A stretch of 64,000 bases of DNA, from assembly GCA_965202585.1 (NCBI GenBank), contig OZ241833.1, forward strand, positions 39,184,001 through 39,248,000. Reading direction: 5' to 3'. Positions within the stretch are counted from its first letter, which is position 1, and every line of letters starts with the position of its first letter. Source of the stretch: Thalia democratica. Its lineage: Eukaryota. Positions 1 through 14,402 of the stretch are shown piece by piece. Under the pieces are notes generated by a model. That model worked only from the letters and a program-made list of their open reading frames with translations. It searched no databases and had not been told where the DNA came from. A program made the translations under genes and the position numbers.

Positions 1-249
1 ACACCATGGGGTCACAAAAGCTTGGAAAGGGGCTGCATGTCAGCTGATAAAAAGTGCAACCCTGGTGAGACGGTATACGTTGCTCATCCTGGTTATTCTG
101 TGAAACAGTATGTTCGCTGTTGCGAGGGCGATCGGTGCAATGATCCGGAACTAATGTCTAGCTCGAACAAGCTGACCAATCAAAACTTGTTATTCGCCGC
201 AATGTTGTTGGGTTTTGTTTACAGTGCCGTTGACTGGTCGTTTAACTGA
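1..249 (+). CDS. 3' part (5'-truncated by the window edge) of a Ly6/uPAR three-finger protein with a GPI-anchor signal
   Basis: Frame 1 is open from base 1: TPWGHKSLERGCMSADKKCNPGETVYVAHPGYSVKQYVRCCEGDRCND, ending in the LU-domain CCxxDxCN signature, then small residues (SSSN) and a hydrophobic tail (LLFAAMLLGFVYSAV); TGA at 247-249; visibly GC-richer than the flank. Confidence 0.85.
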   Translation, partial: TPWGHKSLERGCMSADKKCNPGETVYVAHPGYSVKQYVRCCEGDRCNDPELMSSSNKLTNQNLLFAAMLLGFVYSAVDWSFN

Positions 250-3200
250 ATATTTTGGTTATACAAGCAATATGTTTTTCTTATTAAGTTATGTATTTTA
301 CTTTAAAAAGTATATAGATGCTTTATTGCAACTGCGATTTAGTTATGACTTTTGAATTATTTTTATATAAAGTTATCGCATAGTTTAAAGCATGTTAGTT
401 TAAAGCATTTTAGGATTAAAAAAATTTCTATTTCTTCACAAACTATTTTTTGTATTACATCATAATGAATATGTTAATACTTGTTATTTCAAAATGATAG
501 TGTATCTGTACATATTTATCTGCAGTTTAGAAATCTTATAGAATTAATATTTTAGTTTAAGATTTTTCTAAACAGTTCAAAAATTTCTTTTTATTTGAAC
601 TGTTAAATATGTTAATAAGTCTTCAAATGAACACTATATGTATAAAACAATAAAAACTTTCTGCTTCTTGTATAGTTCATTTATAAACATAAAGTTGCTT
701 TGATGAGTTTTATGTTGAATTTTTGTTAAAAGTTTTTGAACTATTTAAACATGAGACTTAGTGTTTGACATCAAGCCATAAAATCTAAGTTTTATTTGAA
801 ATTCAATAAGTATCAAAACCATTGTAAAAATGCCTATATAGTAATTATGTTATAGTAATTATGACTTTATAATAATTTAGTTAAATCAAACTTTTAAAAA
901 AACAATTTAAAACATAAGTAACTGTAAACATTTTTACAATTTTAAAGGTAGTTAAACTGATAATATTTTAAAGACAAATATTAAATATAAAATAATTAGG
1001 AAGATATATAGTTTTATTATCTTAGATGTAGTTATAGCGTTAATTATGCATTGTGAAGACGAATATACTGTTTTAATAAAAATTTCAACAATAAGAAATA
1101 TATTTTAGGTGACTTGATCGACAGTTTTGGTTATAAAAAATACAAAGTAACACATGAGTAATAAAACTTTCATTTTAAAAGTCTCAAGTATTTTTTTAGT
1201 TGTAACTTTAATTTTAAAATGCATTTTCAAATTAGTAGTTTGCTTTGTTTTGCTGGGTTTACATTAAACTGATTCGATTCAAATTATTAACTCACTATTA
1301 TTTTTTTTTAATTTAAAAAGTAATAAAGATTAAGAATAAACACTGTAGTATTAACCCATTATTAATAAATATGCTGCTGATTTTTATTTGGAATAACATT
1401 ACATACTTACATTACAACATCGCTTATATTTATAAAGTTAGAACTGATAGGTGAATATGATGTATGTTTAACTATTTTCATACTATTTAAATTAAGGATG
1501 ATTTAAACATTATTTATTAGTAATATAAAAAAAGTTTTATTTTAAACTAATCTAAAATAAGATGAGTCGTATAACAATTCTGTTTTACTATAAAAGTAAA
1601 TTGTTCTGCCGACCAATAATTTTTATTTGCCTAAAATTAAGCATCAACTGTTATTTTTATTTCAAACGTTTAATTCTGACTGACTGATTAATTCTAACTA
1701 AAAATATAACTGTAGGACTGTAAAAAAAATTCACAATAACGTCAACTATTTTAATAAATAGAAAAACATAGAATTCTTATATTGACTTATGTCATTTTAA
1801 CGTGTCTTATAAACTATTATGTTTAAAACTAATAGTTATTTGTTTTTTTTTATGATTAAACAGATAAAGAATTATTTAAGGAATTATAATTATATCAGAG
1901 ATAAGGATTTTTACAATAACTTATAAAAGTCAAACAGGTACATTAGTAGTTTATAAAGTTTATAAAGCTTTTGTTACATTTAGTTCTGTACAATAACTTT
2001 TTTAAGTCGTTTTGATAAAAAATAATCTAAATTTATGTTAGTTATCGAAGAATAAGAACCTTAGACGACTAAATACGTTTTTTTATTAAGAAAATATATT
2101 AACTGTTTAAAGGAAAGTTTTTAACAAAAGAAGTGTATAAATTGTTCTGAATTTTTATTTTAACAAATAAAAGTATGTTTAGTGAACAAAAACGTACTAA
2201 AACTAATAAGTTAAAATATTTTTAAAATTAAAAGTTAATATATTTTAGATAACTTAAGCACAAAAAAAAAGCGAAAAATCCAAAAACAAAGGAAAACTAT
2301 GTTTTATGTTTTTATTTTCTTTTGTAACTTTAGTGCTTTAAAAATTAAAGATCTTTTTTGAAAGGAAATTAACAAATATTTTTTTCAACAAAAGATCAGG
2401 TAAAATACTAGTTTGTTAGGATATCAAAATTTATATAAAAAAAAATATTTCTAAGAAATATAAATACTTGTAAAGTTCAAATATCACTGTCAAGTGGAAA
2501 ACTGCAAGTACTTTTAAAAGGCCACTTACAGTAAAACTAACTGAGACAACAATGAAAAAAAGGTAAAAATTTCATAAAAACGCATAACTATTTTTCTAAT
2601 CTTTCAAAGTCAGAATGAAACTGTTGTTGGTGATTAATAAAAAGTAGTGAAGTGAGATAATAGATTGAAAAAAGCAGTAGTTTCGTAAAAGCTCACATTT
2701 TTATTACTAATTACTCAAAGTAGCGATGAAACGGCTGTTGCTATTTAGTTTAGTATTTTGTATTAGCTCAGCATTCGCCCACCAATTTTACTTATGTTCA
2801 CCTTAAACAATAAAGTTTGTTATTTACACAAAAAACTGTTTTTGTTCCTATAACTTAGAAATTTAACAGTATCATTAAAAATTTACCATGTAGGCTTTAG
2901 CTTAAAATATAACTTTCCTTTTTAGATGACTAGTATAAAATAAAATAAAAAAATCAGTTTCTTTATTTTGAAAAGTTGTTTTCAGAGTACTAGTTAACCT
3001 TCAAAACAAACACAAACTACAAAATACAAAAAAAGTATTAACAGTTTTCTACTAAACTTTCATATTCTAAATGATAATAAAATGTTATTTTTCGCTGATT
3101 TTATCGAAGTGGTGCAGGGTCATGACATTAAATAAAAATAAATATGTAATAAAAATTGTTTACATAAAAATAAGCACTTGTAACTTAAGTAAAACTATTT

Positions 3201-6200
3201 TAAAAAAAGTGTAAAATGTTTTTTTTGTTTTGCATCACATTTTAATAACTTCACACGATTTAATTACTTAAATGTTTCATACAAAATAACTGTAAGTATA
3301 AATTTACACATAGTTAATAGTGAATTTAAGTAAAGATTGATAATTGTTTTAGTTAGCTAATCAACAAATTGGTTTGTTACAGTAAATAAGTTTATAGAAG
3401 AAAAAATTAACTCGAATAATTAAATACCAATAAAAACAAAACTAACTACTGACAAAACTGTTTAAGTTACAAAATAGTTATTAACTATTTTAAGTACTAA
3501 ATAGAAAACAAAATATTGTACTATCAACAGGCTTCTTGAATGAAAATTTAAAATGCAGTCATAATAAAAAATATTGAAGTCACAAATTTTACACAAATAA
3601 TAACGTGACCTTTTCACTTAGAACTTCTCCTTTTAACAGTTTATTTTATTACATAGTTATATGAATGTGCTAGCTACAATTTAAACAAACTAGTAATTCT
3701 TTTTATAAGCAAAAAATATACTTACAACACAAGTTTTAGACTTGCAGTTAACCATTATGAAAAGTTTAAACATTGATATTAACGCGGTTTTTATTTTTTA
3801 ACCGCAAAAAATCAAACTATTAACAAAAAAGCTATTTATAATATATATTTAAAAATATATAATATGCATTTAATTAATGGGACTAAAACATTCAAAGATA
3901 CTTTAATCTTTTATTTATATTTTTTAGTAGAAAAAAATGAATGTTCATATATGTGTATTAGTAAAAGACTCTAAGAAATTAGGCCTTGAAAATAAAAGTT
4001 TATTAGTTAAAGCGGCTATAACTGTTGACAGTAAAAAATCAAAGCTAATTTTTAAGATTAAATATCTACAACCATTATTTATAATATTAAGTTAGTTGTT
4101 TTTTTGTTTCTAGTAATTTGGATTGTTTTACTTATAGCTTAAAAAAAAATTTATAATTATATTTTAAAAAAACACATACAATGTTTAAAAAACAAATAAT
4201 TTTCGATAGGCTTTACAAAACTTTAATAAAAAAAAAGAATTAAAAATGTTACGTCAGTATTAAAACAGTAACACTGAATCAAAAATAAAACTTGCATCAG
4301 CAGTTTTGTACTAAAGTTGTACAGAGACAAAAATAATCTTCTGTGTTAAAATAATGCATGCTTAGCAATTATTAGTTTCTTTATTCTGATTTCAATTTAT
4401 TGTGAAATAAGCATTTTTGTTTAAAATAAGATATTAAAAAATTTTTAAAAATCTCATGCGCTATAAAACTTGATAACAATTATGGCTTTTTTTTTTTTGT
4501 TTAACAACAAAAAAACATTTTCCTAAAAATTTATTAGTTTTTTAGTTTTTAATTTAATTTATGACCTATATAAAATGATTAAAAAGTATTAAAAATAAAT
4601 TTAATTTAAAAACTAAACTTATGCTTTTACTAATTCTATTTGCTTTGAAATGTTTAAAACAAGATGTAATAAACATAAACGTATTTGTAAGCTTATGTTT
4701 AACGCAAGTGAGATAAAACTAATTAGAAATATATAATGATTAAAACTCATTGTTTTATTTAGCTGTTTTTACAATTATAACTACATAGTTTTCACTTTTA
4801 AACAACTTTTTTTTGAAAATTATCTTAAAAAATGTTAAATAGATTTAAAAAATAAGCGCAAAAAAAAAAACTTAAAAAACATTTACCACCTTTTAACAAT
4901 TGTTTTTGTTTACAAAAATACTTTTCCAAGTGTTTTTTATTATTCGTTTTGATCTTTTATGATTAAGAAACTAAATTTTTAAATGCAAAAAATTAAATAA
5001 GTTTAAATATATAACTTGTAATCTTTTATCTAAAGGCACAGTTTATTTTATTGCAAAAGCTTAATTAGTTTGTTAAGATGAGTTATTTTATTGTATACTA
5101 GCTGACTTTTGGCTGTCTACTGTTTTACTTAATCGTAAGACTTAAAAATTTCATATTAAAACAATACACTTCTAAACATGTGACTAGAAAAACTGTCAAT
5201 TGAAATTTTAAGTGCTTACAAAAACAAATTAAAGTTGTGTGCCATAAAAAATGCAAACTGAAATTGGCTAACGAATTTTCTGCAACAATTCTTTTTATGA
5301 GCTTCAATAAAAGTCTGATAATCGTTAAAAACCTTATACGTTTATTTTTTAAGACTTGAAACAGAAGACAACTTAAAAGATATTATAATTATTTTATTGA
5401 TTTTATATATTTTACTTATTATCTATCACACTAATTTGTACCTATCGTTGTACTTTAAACTTTTGAAATCAAGCGAATAGTAAGAGTAAAACGTATGTAG
5501 TTACAATTAAGTATGTGTCTAATAATTAAACTATAACAAGTTAAATACCTTTCAATGTTTAAAGTTAGAAAGTAGAATAAGAAATAAACTCTTTATTAAA
5601 GTTAAAGTTCGTTGCAAAACTTCTGCCAGATTTTATATTTGATGAGATACATTTACTTTGATATATTCTTATATTAATAAAAAAAATCTTAAGTTTTGAA
5701 AGTTTCTATCTATGAACAAAACAAATATAATAAGGTAACATATTACAACAAATTCGAATTCAAATTGTCACAAAAGTTGCTTACTCAAAGTTTTAAATGA
5801 TACTATCTAATAACTTATTAGATAATAAACCAAGTTTTTGTTTGGATAACAAAGTAACATTTTCTATAGCATTGTTTACTATTGTTTACTATAACTTTTT
5901 TTTTTGTGTTAAAAAGTACATGAAAGCATTTTAAAAGCAAAACAGATACGAAAATTAATATAATTTTACTACAATGCAATAAAGTATTTTTGCAGATTGT
6001 AAAAACTGTTTTTGAAAAGCTTATCAAAACAAATAATTTATATTAAAATTGAAGTATATAAAAAGTTTATTTCATAAAATTGAATAAGTATTTAAAGTAT
6101 ATAAAGCTAACTTAATTAAAATCTGATCAAAGTTAATGTAATTTATCAATAAAATGTTTTGTGTTTCTGAGATCGTCTATAGCAGTATGTAAATTAAAGC

Positions 6201-8678
6201 TATTTTTCATCATTAATTATATGTTTTTACCTATTTTTAAATTAAAAGGTAAAATACTTAGACAATATTTATCCAATAGGTTATACTTAAAACTTTGGTA
6301 AAACAGTAAATTAATTTTTATTTTAAAAAACAAGAAAACTTGTAGTCTTGAAATGATTGTGATTTAATGACAAAATTAAGTAAACATGAAAATATTTAAA
6401 AAATTTGCAACTGTTAAATATTTTTTATTAAAGCAAAACTTACTCCCTTTTTTTGCATTGCTTTTTTCAGACTTGTCCACTTTAAATAAAAATAAAATTT
6501 CTGTATATATATAATAACAAGTTCTTTTTTTTCAAACATATCAATTTATTAAATATTAAGTAATGTACTACTTTACAAACAATTTAAAAGGAAAGTTTGC
6601 AAAAATTTTGAACTAGAAAAACACTTAATCAATAAAAAGTTTAATAAATAGAATAAAAAATTATCATAGTTTAATTTGTAAATAAAACAATAAACCAAAC
6701 ATAAAATTTTATATTGAGTAGTAATTTATATTAAATATTAAAAAAAGAATATCTTTAATCTAATTTATAATTTAAGTTTCAAGTGAAATGTTGAATGTGA
6801 ATTATGAAAAAAATTATATTTTCATTTTTATACAAAATAGAATAATTGGTCACTATACATCTATGATTTAAAAGTAAAAAAAAATTAAAAAAAAAAATTG
6901 TAACACACAATAAATACAGGATTACTAAAAATACTGAATAGTTATTTTATAATAAAAATCAACACTTTCAGTATTAAATATCTTTCACTCTGAACAATAC
7001 AAAATAGAATTCAAGACTACTTTTGTATAGATTATAAACAAAAAATGAATAATAGGGGCATTGGGGGTAAATATTTTTTGGTGGATTTTGTTGTAGTTTA
7101 AATTGTTTAAAGTTCTATTATACAAATTGAAATATTTGAAAGCCTAAGCTCTTCAATACACTTTGTTTTACAAACTTTCAGTTTATACTAAAATGTTAAT
7201 ACATTTATTTAATTAGAATTATTTTTAGTAAGTATCAGTTGCTTAGTAAATTAAAATTTAATCACAATAAATTCATTATTAACTGTTTCGTAAACTTAAC
7301 TGCACTTAGTATAAATTGAAATGTTTTATGACTAAAAAATATATGAATACTTTCTTTAAACTTGAAAAAATCTTTATTTATTATGAATTGTGACAAACTA
7401 CTAAAATTTTTTCTTTATAATAAATACTTTTATGATCATTTCTGTCCTTTTGCAAAATATCTGTAGCTAATAGTAGTATATTTTGAAATTTAGTTAATAC
7501 TTTCCCTACAATTGTTCTAAATTTACAAATCAATGAAATGTAGCTGTGTTTAGAGTTGCCATGATCACTAATAAAGTACACCTAACACAAAATAAACGTT
7601 GTTTTGTTTAACTTTAAGTTAATGATTTATTATGTATGTGCTCACTTACATTATAGTTTAAAGTTATTTCTATTTGTATTTTATCTTTGTCTTCATTTTT
7701 ACACGAAAGGATAACTATTACTAAAAAAGTTAAAGCACACAACCAAAAATTTAATTGTAATCTGAGTTACAACCTATAATTTCCAAATGATAAAGTTTAG
7801 TTTACAAACTTTTTAGTTTTCTTACCATGTAAATTTGTTCATATTAAGTTTGCTTTTTGTTTATGCGTTTATAGTTTAAATTTTTCACTGTTTTTAATTT
7901 TCTTAAAACTCAGCAATTTTTAAACGTCATTAGGGTTTTTACGCAATGTATTATATATTGATAATAACTTTGTGCACAACAGTAAATCATTAAAAAAAAA
8001 CTTAAACTATTAAATAAAACAGAATTTTTTTTATAATTGTTCAGTAATTATATTAAAAGTAAATTGTATTTAAACGTTTTTAACGAATGTTGTTTAGAAA
8101 TGAGTATATTTTTGTTTTATAACTCTCATAGTTTACTAAGAGCAATTTAAACTGTTATCATTTTTTTACAGACTTAGGTTTTTGTAAACCTTTGTAGCGT
8201 ATAAAAAGCCTTTACAGTCTTTATTTCAAACGATTTTAAAGGGTTGAGGGAAAAATTTTTGAAGACTAAGTTTTTCAATATATATTAAACAATTTTGTTT
8301 TGATCAACATGTTTTATAGTTTTGATTCATCTTTAGGTATTAAGCAATCAAAATTGTAGACAAAATGTAAAAATTTTATTGTATTGTAAAAATACAAAAT
8401 TTATAACTTTTCAGATGTATAGAAATTAAATATTCAAAAATGTTACTTTTAAGCTTGACATGAATAGCAGTAATAATAAGTTATAAGCTTTGTTATAAGT
8501 CATTGCAATAAATAAGCACCTTATTGTATTAGTTTTATAAACTAATTTTGTAATACAATTTAGTTGTCAGTATTTATCGTTTATAGTTGTTTTAAATGTA
8601 TTTAAAAATGTATATTTGTTACCTTTAAGGTAGAAGCATAAAATCTTAGCGACGAGCACGAACTTAGCTTGACAATAT

Positions 8679-9614
8679 TACTGATGTACCGGACTCACTA
8701 TCCGGGTCCGGATCCGGCCGGATATTGCCATTTTTGTCTGATATCCGGATCCGGCCAGATCTTGATATGAAAAAAATGTCCGGATACGGTTCCGGCCAGA
8801 TCCTAATTTGAAAAAAAAGTCCGGTTCCGGCCGGATTCTAACAGAGATCCGGCCGAATCGGATCTAGTTAGTAAAAAAAAGCATACGGAAAATAATTTTT
8901 TTAAAACAAACCCTTTGTAAATTAAAAAGAGTCATATTCGTCAGTTAAAATTAAACACCTACCGTGATTGGCTCATTTTGAACACGTGACTAATTTACAT
9001 TTGTTTACATTTAAACTATGAAATAAACATTTTAGAAATGCAACTCTTTACTTATGTTGTAAAATTAAAAACTTTACTACCAAATTGTTAGGCTAGTTTT
9101 AAGATTTTTTAAAAACTCAGGATAGTTTTCTTTTAGATTTTGAATGAGTTTGAGCTGATCCAGTTTTCAATATTTTGTGATTTTCTAGTTAATTTTGTTC
9201 AAGAACTTGATTTTAATTGATTTTAGATTGGTAAGGCTATAGGGGGGGTCCTCCTTGATTTTTACAGGTTGACCTTATTTAATAGATTTTAATCTTAGCT
9301 ACCAGATATTGTTTCTGTGATGTACTTTATCTTTCTATCAATTTTCCTTATACTAAATCTAAAGTTATTCATAGTTTTTTTATATCACAAAAGCTTTTAT
9401 AGAAATGAAATTTTGAAACTAAAAATGTAAGCTCTACTTTTTATGTGAGAACTAGTGATGTACCGGACTCAATATCCGGATCCGGCCAGATATTGCCATT
9501 TTTGTCTGATATCCGGATCTGGCCGGATTTTGATATGAAAAAAAAAGTCTGGATCCGGTTCCGACCGGATTCTGATTTGAAAAAAAATCCGGATCCAGGT
9601 CCGGTACATCACTA
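8679..9614. mobile_element. Composite non-autonomous hAT-like element (two left ends, one right end)
   Basis: Left TIR TACTGATGTACCGGAC at 8679, a second left TIR TAGTGATGTACCGGAC at 9453, right TIR GTCCGGTACATCACTA ending at 9614. Subterminal ATCCGG/GATCCGG repeats are shared by 8679-8865 and 9453-9614. The 8-bp flanks GACAATAT/ATCAATAT (6/8) surround the outer pair only. Confidence 0.75.
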
Positions 9615-10898
9615 ATCAATATAGAGTAGCATTTTTTACATTACTAGTGTTTTTAAATTAAAATATAATTCATAAGTATAAATAAAGTCTGTAGCAATAA
9701 AACACTAAGTTTCGTCACCAAAAAAATTGTTTTCAATTAACAACTGACAAAAAAAAAGTAGAATTGTTTACCTACATTGTTACTTCTAGTTGTATTATAA
9801 AAGAACAAATTTATTTCACTAAGAACAAATAATGCATTAAAAAAGTAGCTAACTTGAAATGCTTATTTTCAATTACGGCTGTTAGAGAATTGTTTATCCA
9901 ATGTTTCTAGATAGTTAAAATAGATTTTTTAAAGTGGATTCATTTCACGCATATTTATAATTATAAAAACTCTTTAATAAATTTACAGACGTTTTATTTT
10001 TTTGGGAATTTTTTTATTTTTTATATAAAAATTTGAGTTTCAGAGCGATCCAAGGAGCCCATTTTTTAAAACTAATTTTTGTTTTATTTTTATACGGGGT
10101 TTCATTAAAAAACGTTTTTTCTGCATGTTTTACTAATTCTTATAAGTTAAAATCAAAATTTATACTTTTTTTTGCCTTGATTACTTTAAGTTTTTTCTTA
10201 AAAAGTCGGAAAAGGATAGGTACTCAAGTTTTACACTTTTGTAGGGCGTAATAAATGTAATAATAAATTTAGGTTTTTGATTTTAATTTAAATAAATTAA
10301 TACTATTATGTATTTCTTTTCAAGCTTTTTTTTTTTATGAAAGACTAGATTTTTGCTTTATAGAAATATAAAGACATGTATTGCACTGTTGCTAGAAATA
10401 ATTTGACTTTTTTTTAGGATGTGTTTGTTTATGTTTTAAAAATATTTTCCTAAATCATAATAAAGTCGGAAAAAAGGTAAATATAAAAGAATTTAGATAG
10501 ATTTTGCGATTCTTCAGAGTCTTTTTCCAAAATGAAATTATTTTATTAAAATTTACAAAACACTTTTTTAATACTGAACGTAAATTTATTTTAATGATGC
10601 CTTTAATCATTTTAAAAATTATTTTAGTTCTAAACGGCTTAAGTCACTAAAAAATTAAAGTTAAAATGTTACTAACTAATTGTCTTGAACAAGAAAATTT
10701 CATATAATAAAATATTTCAGTTCACCGAAACTTTTCAATTAGTTTTTACTCACAATAGCTTAAAGTGTCATAATTATTGTTATAATTTGTATCTCTTGTA
10801 ACGTATAGTGTTAAATGTTTGAGATACTTATAACTTTGAACTTAATTGCCCATAGTTGTTTAAGACCTATTATATGGCATATATAAAGAAAATTTTAA

Positions 10899-11085
10899 AC
10901 ATCACAGTAGGGTGCATCATTACAACTATCAAACCACAGTAGATAGCAACTATCACAATACAGTAGACCGCAACACTACAACTATCACATCACAGTAGAT
11001 CGCAACACTACAACTATCACATCACAGTAGCTCGCAACACTACAACTTTTGTATCACAGTAGATCACAACAAAATTCAACTATGT
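10899..11085 (+). repeat. 32-bp minisatellite array (ACATCACAGTAGATCGCAACACTACAACTATC), about 6 units
   Basis: Tandem units read directly; reverse complement of the arrays at 12.06-13.17 kb and 13.97-14.40 kb. Confidence 0.9.
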
Positions 11086-12062
11086 TGTAACCATGTTATC
11101 CTATAAAGTTATGTAGAAAATTCTAAATCAAAACCATAAAGTACTAGAAACAAAACTAATAGTTTTGTAATTTATTAAAAATATATATGCTGTGTTTATT
11201 GACGACCTCCTTAAAAGATGTTGCAGTATTAACACTTGTTAAAAAATAATGTTGTTAACCCAGTAAAAATATTTGTCCTACAAAAGTTGACAATGAAAAT
11301 TACTCTGTAAGTTTAGAACTATGTTTCTTTACGAAAAATGAAATACTATTAACGAATTAATACAAGTAATATTGAACTAACTTTGTGAAGAAGAAGTTGT
11401 CAAAACTTTGGAGATCATACGCAAAAACAGAAGTTTCTGACCTGTGACGTATTTTTCAGTATAAAAATTACTTTTTAACATTCAAATAAAGTTGTGCCTT
11501 TTATGAATATATTTTATTAATATATTATAACTTGGTATTTTATTTAGTACATATTAGTTCTTATTCATGATTATTTTATTGTAAATTTACTTTAAAGATA
11601 GTGTTGATATTGTGGTATATTATTAAAAAAACACACAACACGCACACACTTTAACACCTAAGTTCAATAAATTTTATTATTTATTTAACCTTATTGAACT
11701 TTGCATAAATATTTTAATTTTATGAAATAATTAAAAAAACCTAATATAAAATATAGTTAAAGAAAAGTAAACTTAAAAATAATACTTTTAAATACTGTGC
11801 AATGTGTTATTTGAGTTTCATTTCCTTGATTATAATTATAATTGTTTTTTTTTAGTCTTTACATAAAGAATACGTTTTTTCGCAAAATTAAATAAGTTTT
11901 TTTTTATGTTTCCAAGGGTAACAACCTTTTTTAATACTTACAACATAACTAATGCTTATAAATATGCTGTTTGTTATGTGGTAAAGTGAACTTTCACAAA
12001 GACTACAACTTATAAATTAAAAAAAAAATATTTGTATTTTGTTTAGGTTAATAGTATCTTAA

Positions 12063-13172
12063 CAATGTGATAATTGTAGTGTTGCTGTTTACTGAGACGT
12101 GACTGTTATAGTTTTGTTGTCTTCTGTGAGATGATACTTGTATCGTTGCAAACTACTATTATCTAATAGTATTTCTATTTATTCTGATGTGATAGTTGTT
12201 TTGTTGCAATCTACTGTAATGATATAGTTATAATGTTGCTATCTACTATTATGTGGTTGTTGTAATGTTGTAATTTACTATGATGTAATAGTAGTAGTGT
12301 TGCAATCTAATGTTATATTATAGTTATATTGTTGCGATCTACAGTGACGTAACATTTGTATCGTTGTAGTCTACTGTAACAGTTGTAGTGTTGCTATTTA
12401 CTGTTATGAACTGTTGTAATGTTGCAATCTACTGTGATATGATAGTTGCGGTGTAACAATCTACTGTGATGTAATAGTTGTATATTCGCAATCTATTGTG
12501 ATGTAATAGTAGTAGTGTTGCAATCTAATGTTATTTATAGTTATATTGTTGCGATCTACAGTGACGTAACAGTTGTATCGTTGTAGTCTACTGTAACAGT
12601 TGTAGTGTTGCTATTTACTGTTATGGACTGTTGTAATGTTGCAATCTACTGTGATATGATAGTTGCGGTGTTACAATCTACTGTGATGTAATAGTTGTAT
12701 AATCGCAATCTATTGTGATGTAATAGTTGTAGTGTTGCAATCTATTTTTATGTGTTAGATGTTTCAATTTACTGTGATGTGATAGTTATAGTGTTACATT
12801 CTACTATGGTGTAATGGTTTTATCGTTACGATATACTGTATTATGATAGTTGAATGGTTTCAATCTACTGTGAATTGACTGTTGTAGTGTTGCGATCTAC
12901 TGTGATGTAAAAATTTCAGTGTTGTATCTATTTTTATGTAATAGTTGTTTCGTTGCAATCTACTGTGTTGTGATAGTTTCATCGTTGCGATATACTGTGT
13001 TGTGATAGTTCTTAAAGTAGCGATCTACTCTGATGTTGTAATTGTAGTTTGGTGATCTACTATATTGTGTTAGTTGTCCGATGCGATCTATATTAATGCG
13101 AAAGGTTTTTTTTATGATCTACTTTGATGTTGTATTGAATTAACTAAGTGTAAAATTTTTTAAAGGAAGATA
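12063..13172 (-). repeat. 32-bp minisatellite array with a ~218-bp higher-order duplication
   Basis: Unit ACTGTGATGTGATAGTTGTAGTGTTGCAATCT repeated roughly 35 times with divergence; 12291-12508 and 12509-12726 are near-identical ~7-monomer blocks. Confidence 0.92.
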
Positions 13173-13965
13173 TTAAGAACTTGAAAAAATTAAACAAGTT
13201 TATGTGTAAGTCAGTTCAAATTAGTTATTAAGATTAGGAGTTTTCTTTAATTAAAACTAAAACATTATTTTGTTTTTGTTTAGTTTCGTTTCTCAAAGTT
13301 TTTGAAATTGAAAAAGAAGGATTATTTTTTAACTAACAACATTTGACCAAAAACCTGTGTGTCTGTTTACTAGTATGATTTTATTTTAAGTTGGTTCAAT
13401 TAAGGTAGTTTACTAAACTAGTGTTTGTAAATTTAAATGCATACAAAGCTAGCTAAATAGTTTATTTTACATTGAAAGTATTACTAGCAATGTTTGAATT
13501 ATTAAAGCTGTTTAAAAAAACTTTTAAAACGTGTGAAACTTTTATTTTTTTTTTGCATAGGAACAAAGTACTATATAGCGGTGTTTACAGTTTAAAGTTG
13601 TAGTGCTGCTAATTAATTTACTAAATTATAATTAAAATACAGAGATTTTATTTACCAAAAACTATTCTTCTAACTGAAAAAGATACATTGCTGCTATAAA
13701 TTTTGTTTTTAGAATATTCACAAAAAGTGTGATTTGCTTCGTACATAAATAATGCTAAGCATAAAATATTTAACTAAAAATTCACCTTTAGTGAAAAGTA
13801 AAAATTCTCATTAAGAATTATACTTGCCTATAAAGGGATCGGCTTAAGTATATAAATCATTTGACTAATATCATATTTGAAAAAACTTTACTTGGAGTAT
13901 TTTTTCGAACAAAACTGTGTATCAATCACTTCCCATTTTAGCAACAATATTCGTCGATTTCCCTT

Positions 13966-14402
13966 AATGTGATAATTGTAGTTTTGCTATCTACTGTGAT
14001 GTGGTAGTTGTAAAATTGCAGTCTACTGTGACGTGATAGTTGCAGTGTTACAATCTACTGTGACGTGATAGTTGCAGTGTTACAATGTACTGTGACGTGA
14101 TAGTTGTGTTGTTTCAATCTACTGTGACGTAATAGTTGTAGTGTTGATATCTTAATTGATAAGAGAGTTGTAAAATTGCAATCTACTGTGACGTGATAGT
14201 TGCAGTGTTACAATCTACTGTGACGTGATAGTTGTGTTGTTGTAATCAACTGTGAATTGATGGCTGTAATGTTTGTATCTATTGTGATTTGATAGTTGTA
14301 GTGTTGCTATCTACTGTGATGTAATAGTTGTAACATTACAGGCTACTGTGACGTGATAATTGCATCGCTGCAATCTACTATGATGTGATAATTTTATTGT
14401 TG
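13966..14402 (-). repeat. 32-bp minisatellite array (same family)
   Basis: About 13 units of ACTGTGACGTGATAGTTG(C/T)AGTGTTACAATCT; starts in the same phase (AATGTGATAATTGTAG) as the 12063 array. Confidence 0.9.

Noticed and set aside
9100-9400. Possible LINE-like fragment on the minus strand
   Set aside because: Translations contain stops and no diagnostic motif; cannot be supported.
10899-14402. 32-bp repeats as a CRISPR array
   Set aside because: Units are contiguous and degenerate with no unique spacers, no cas genes are present, and the context is eukaryotic.
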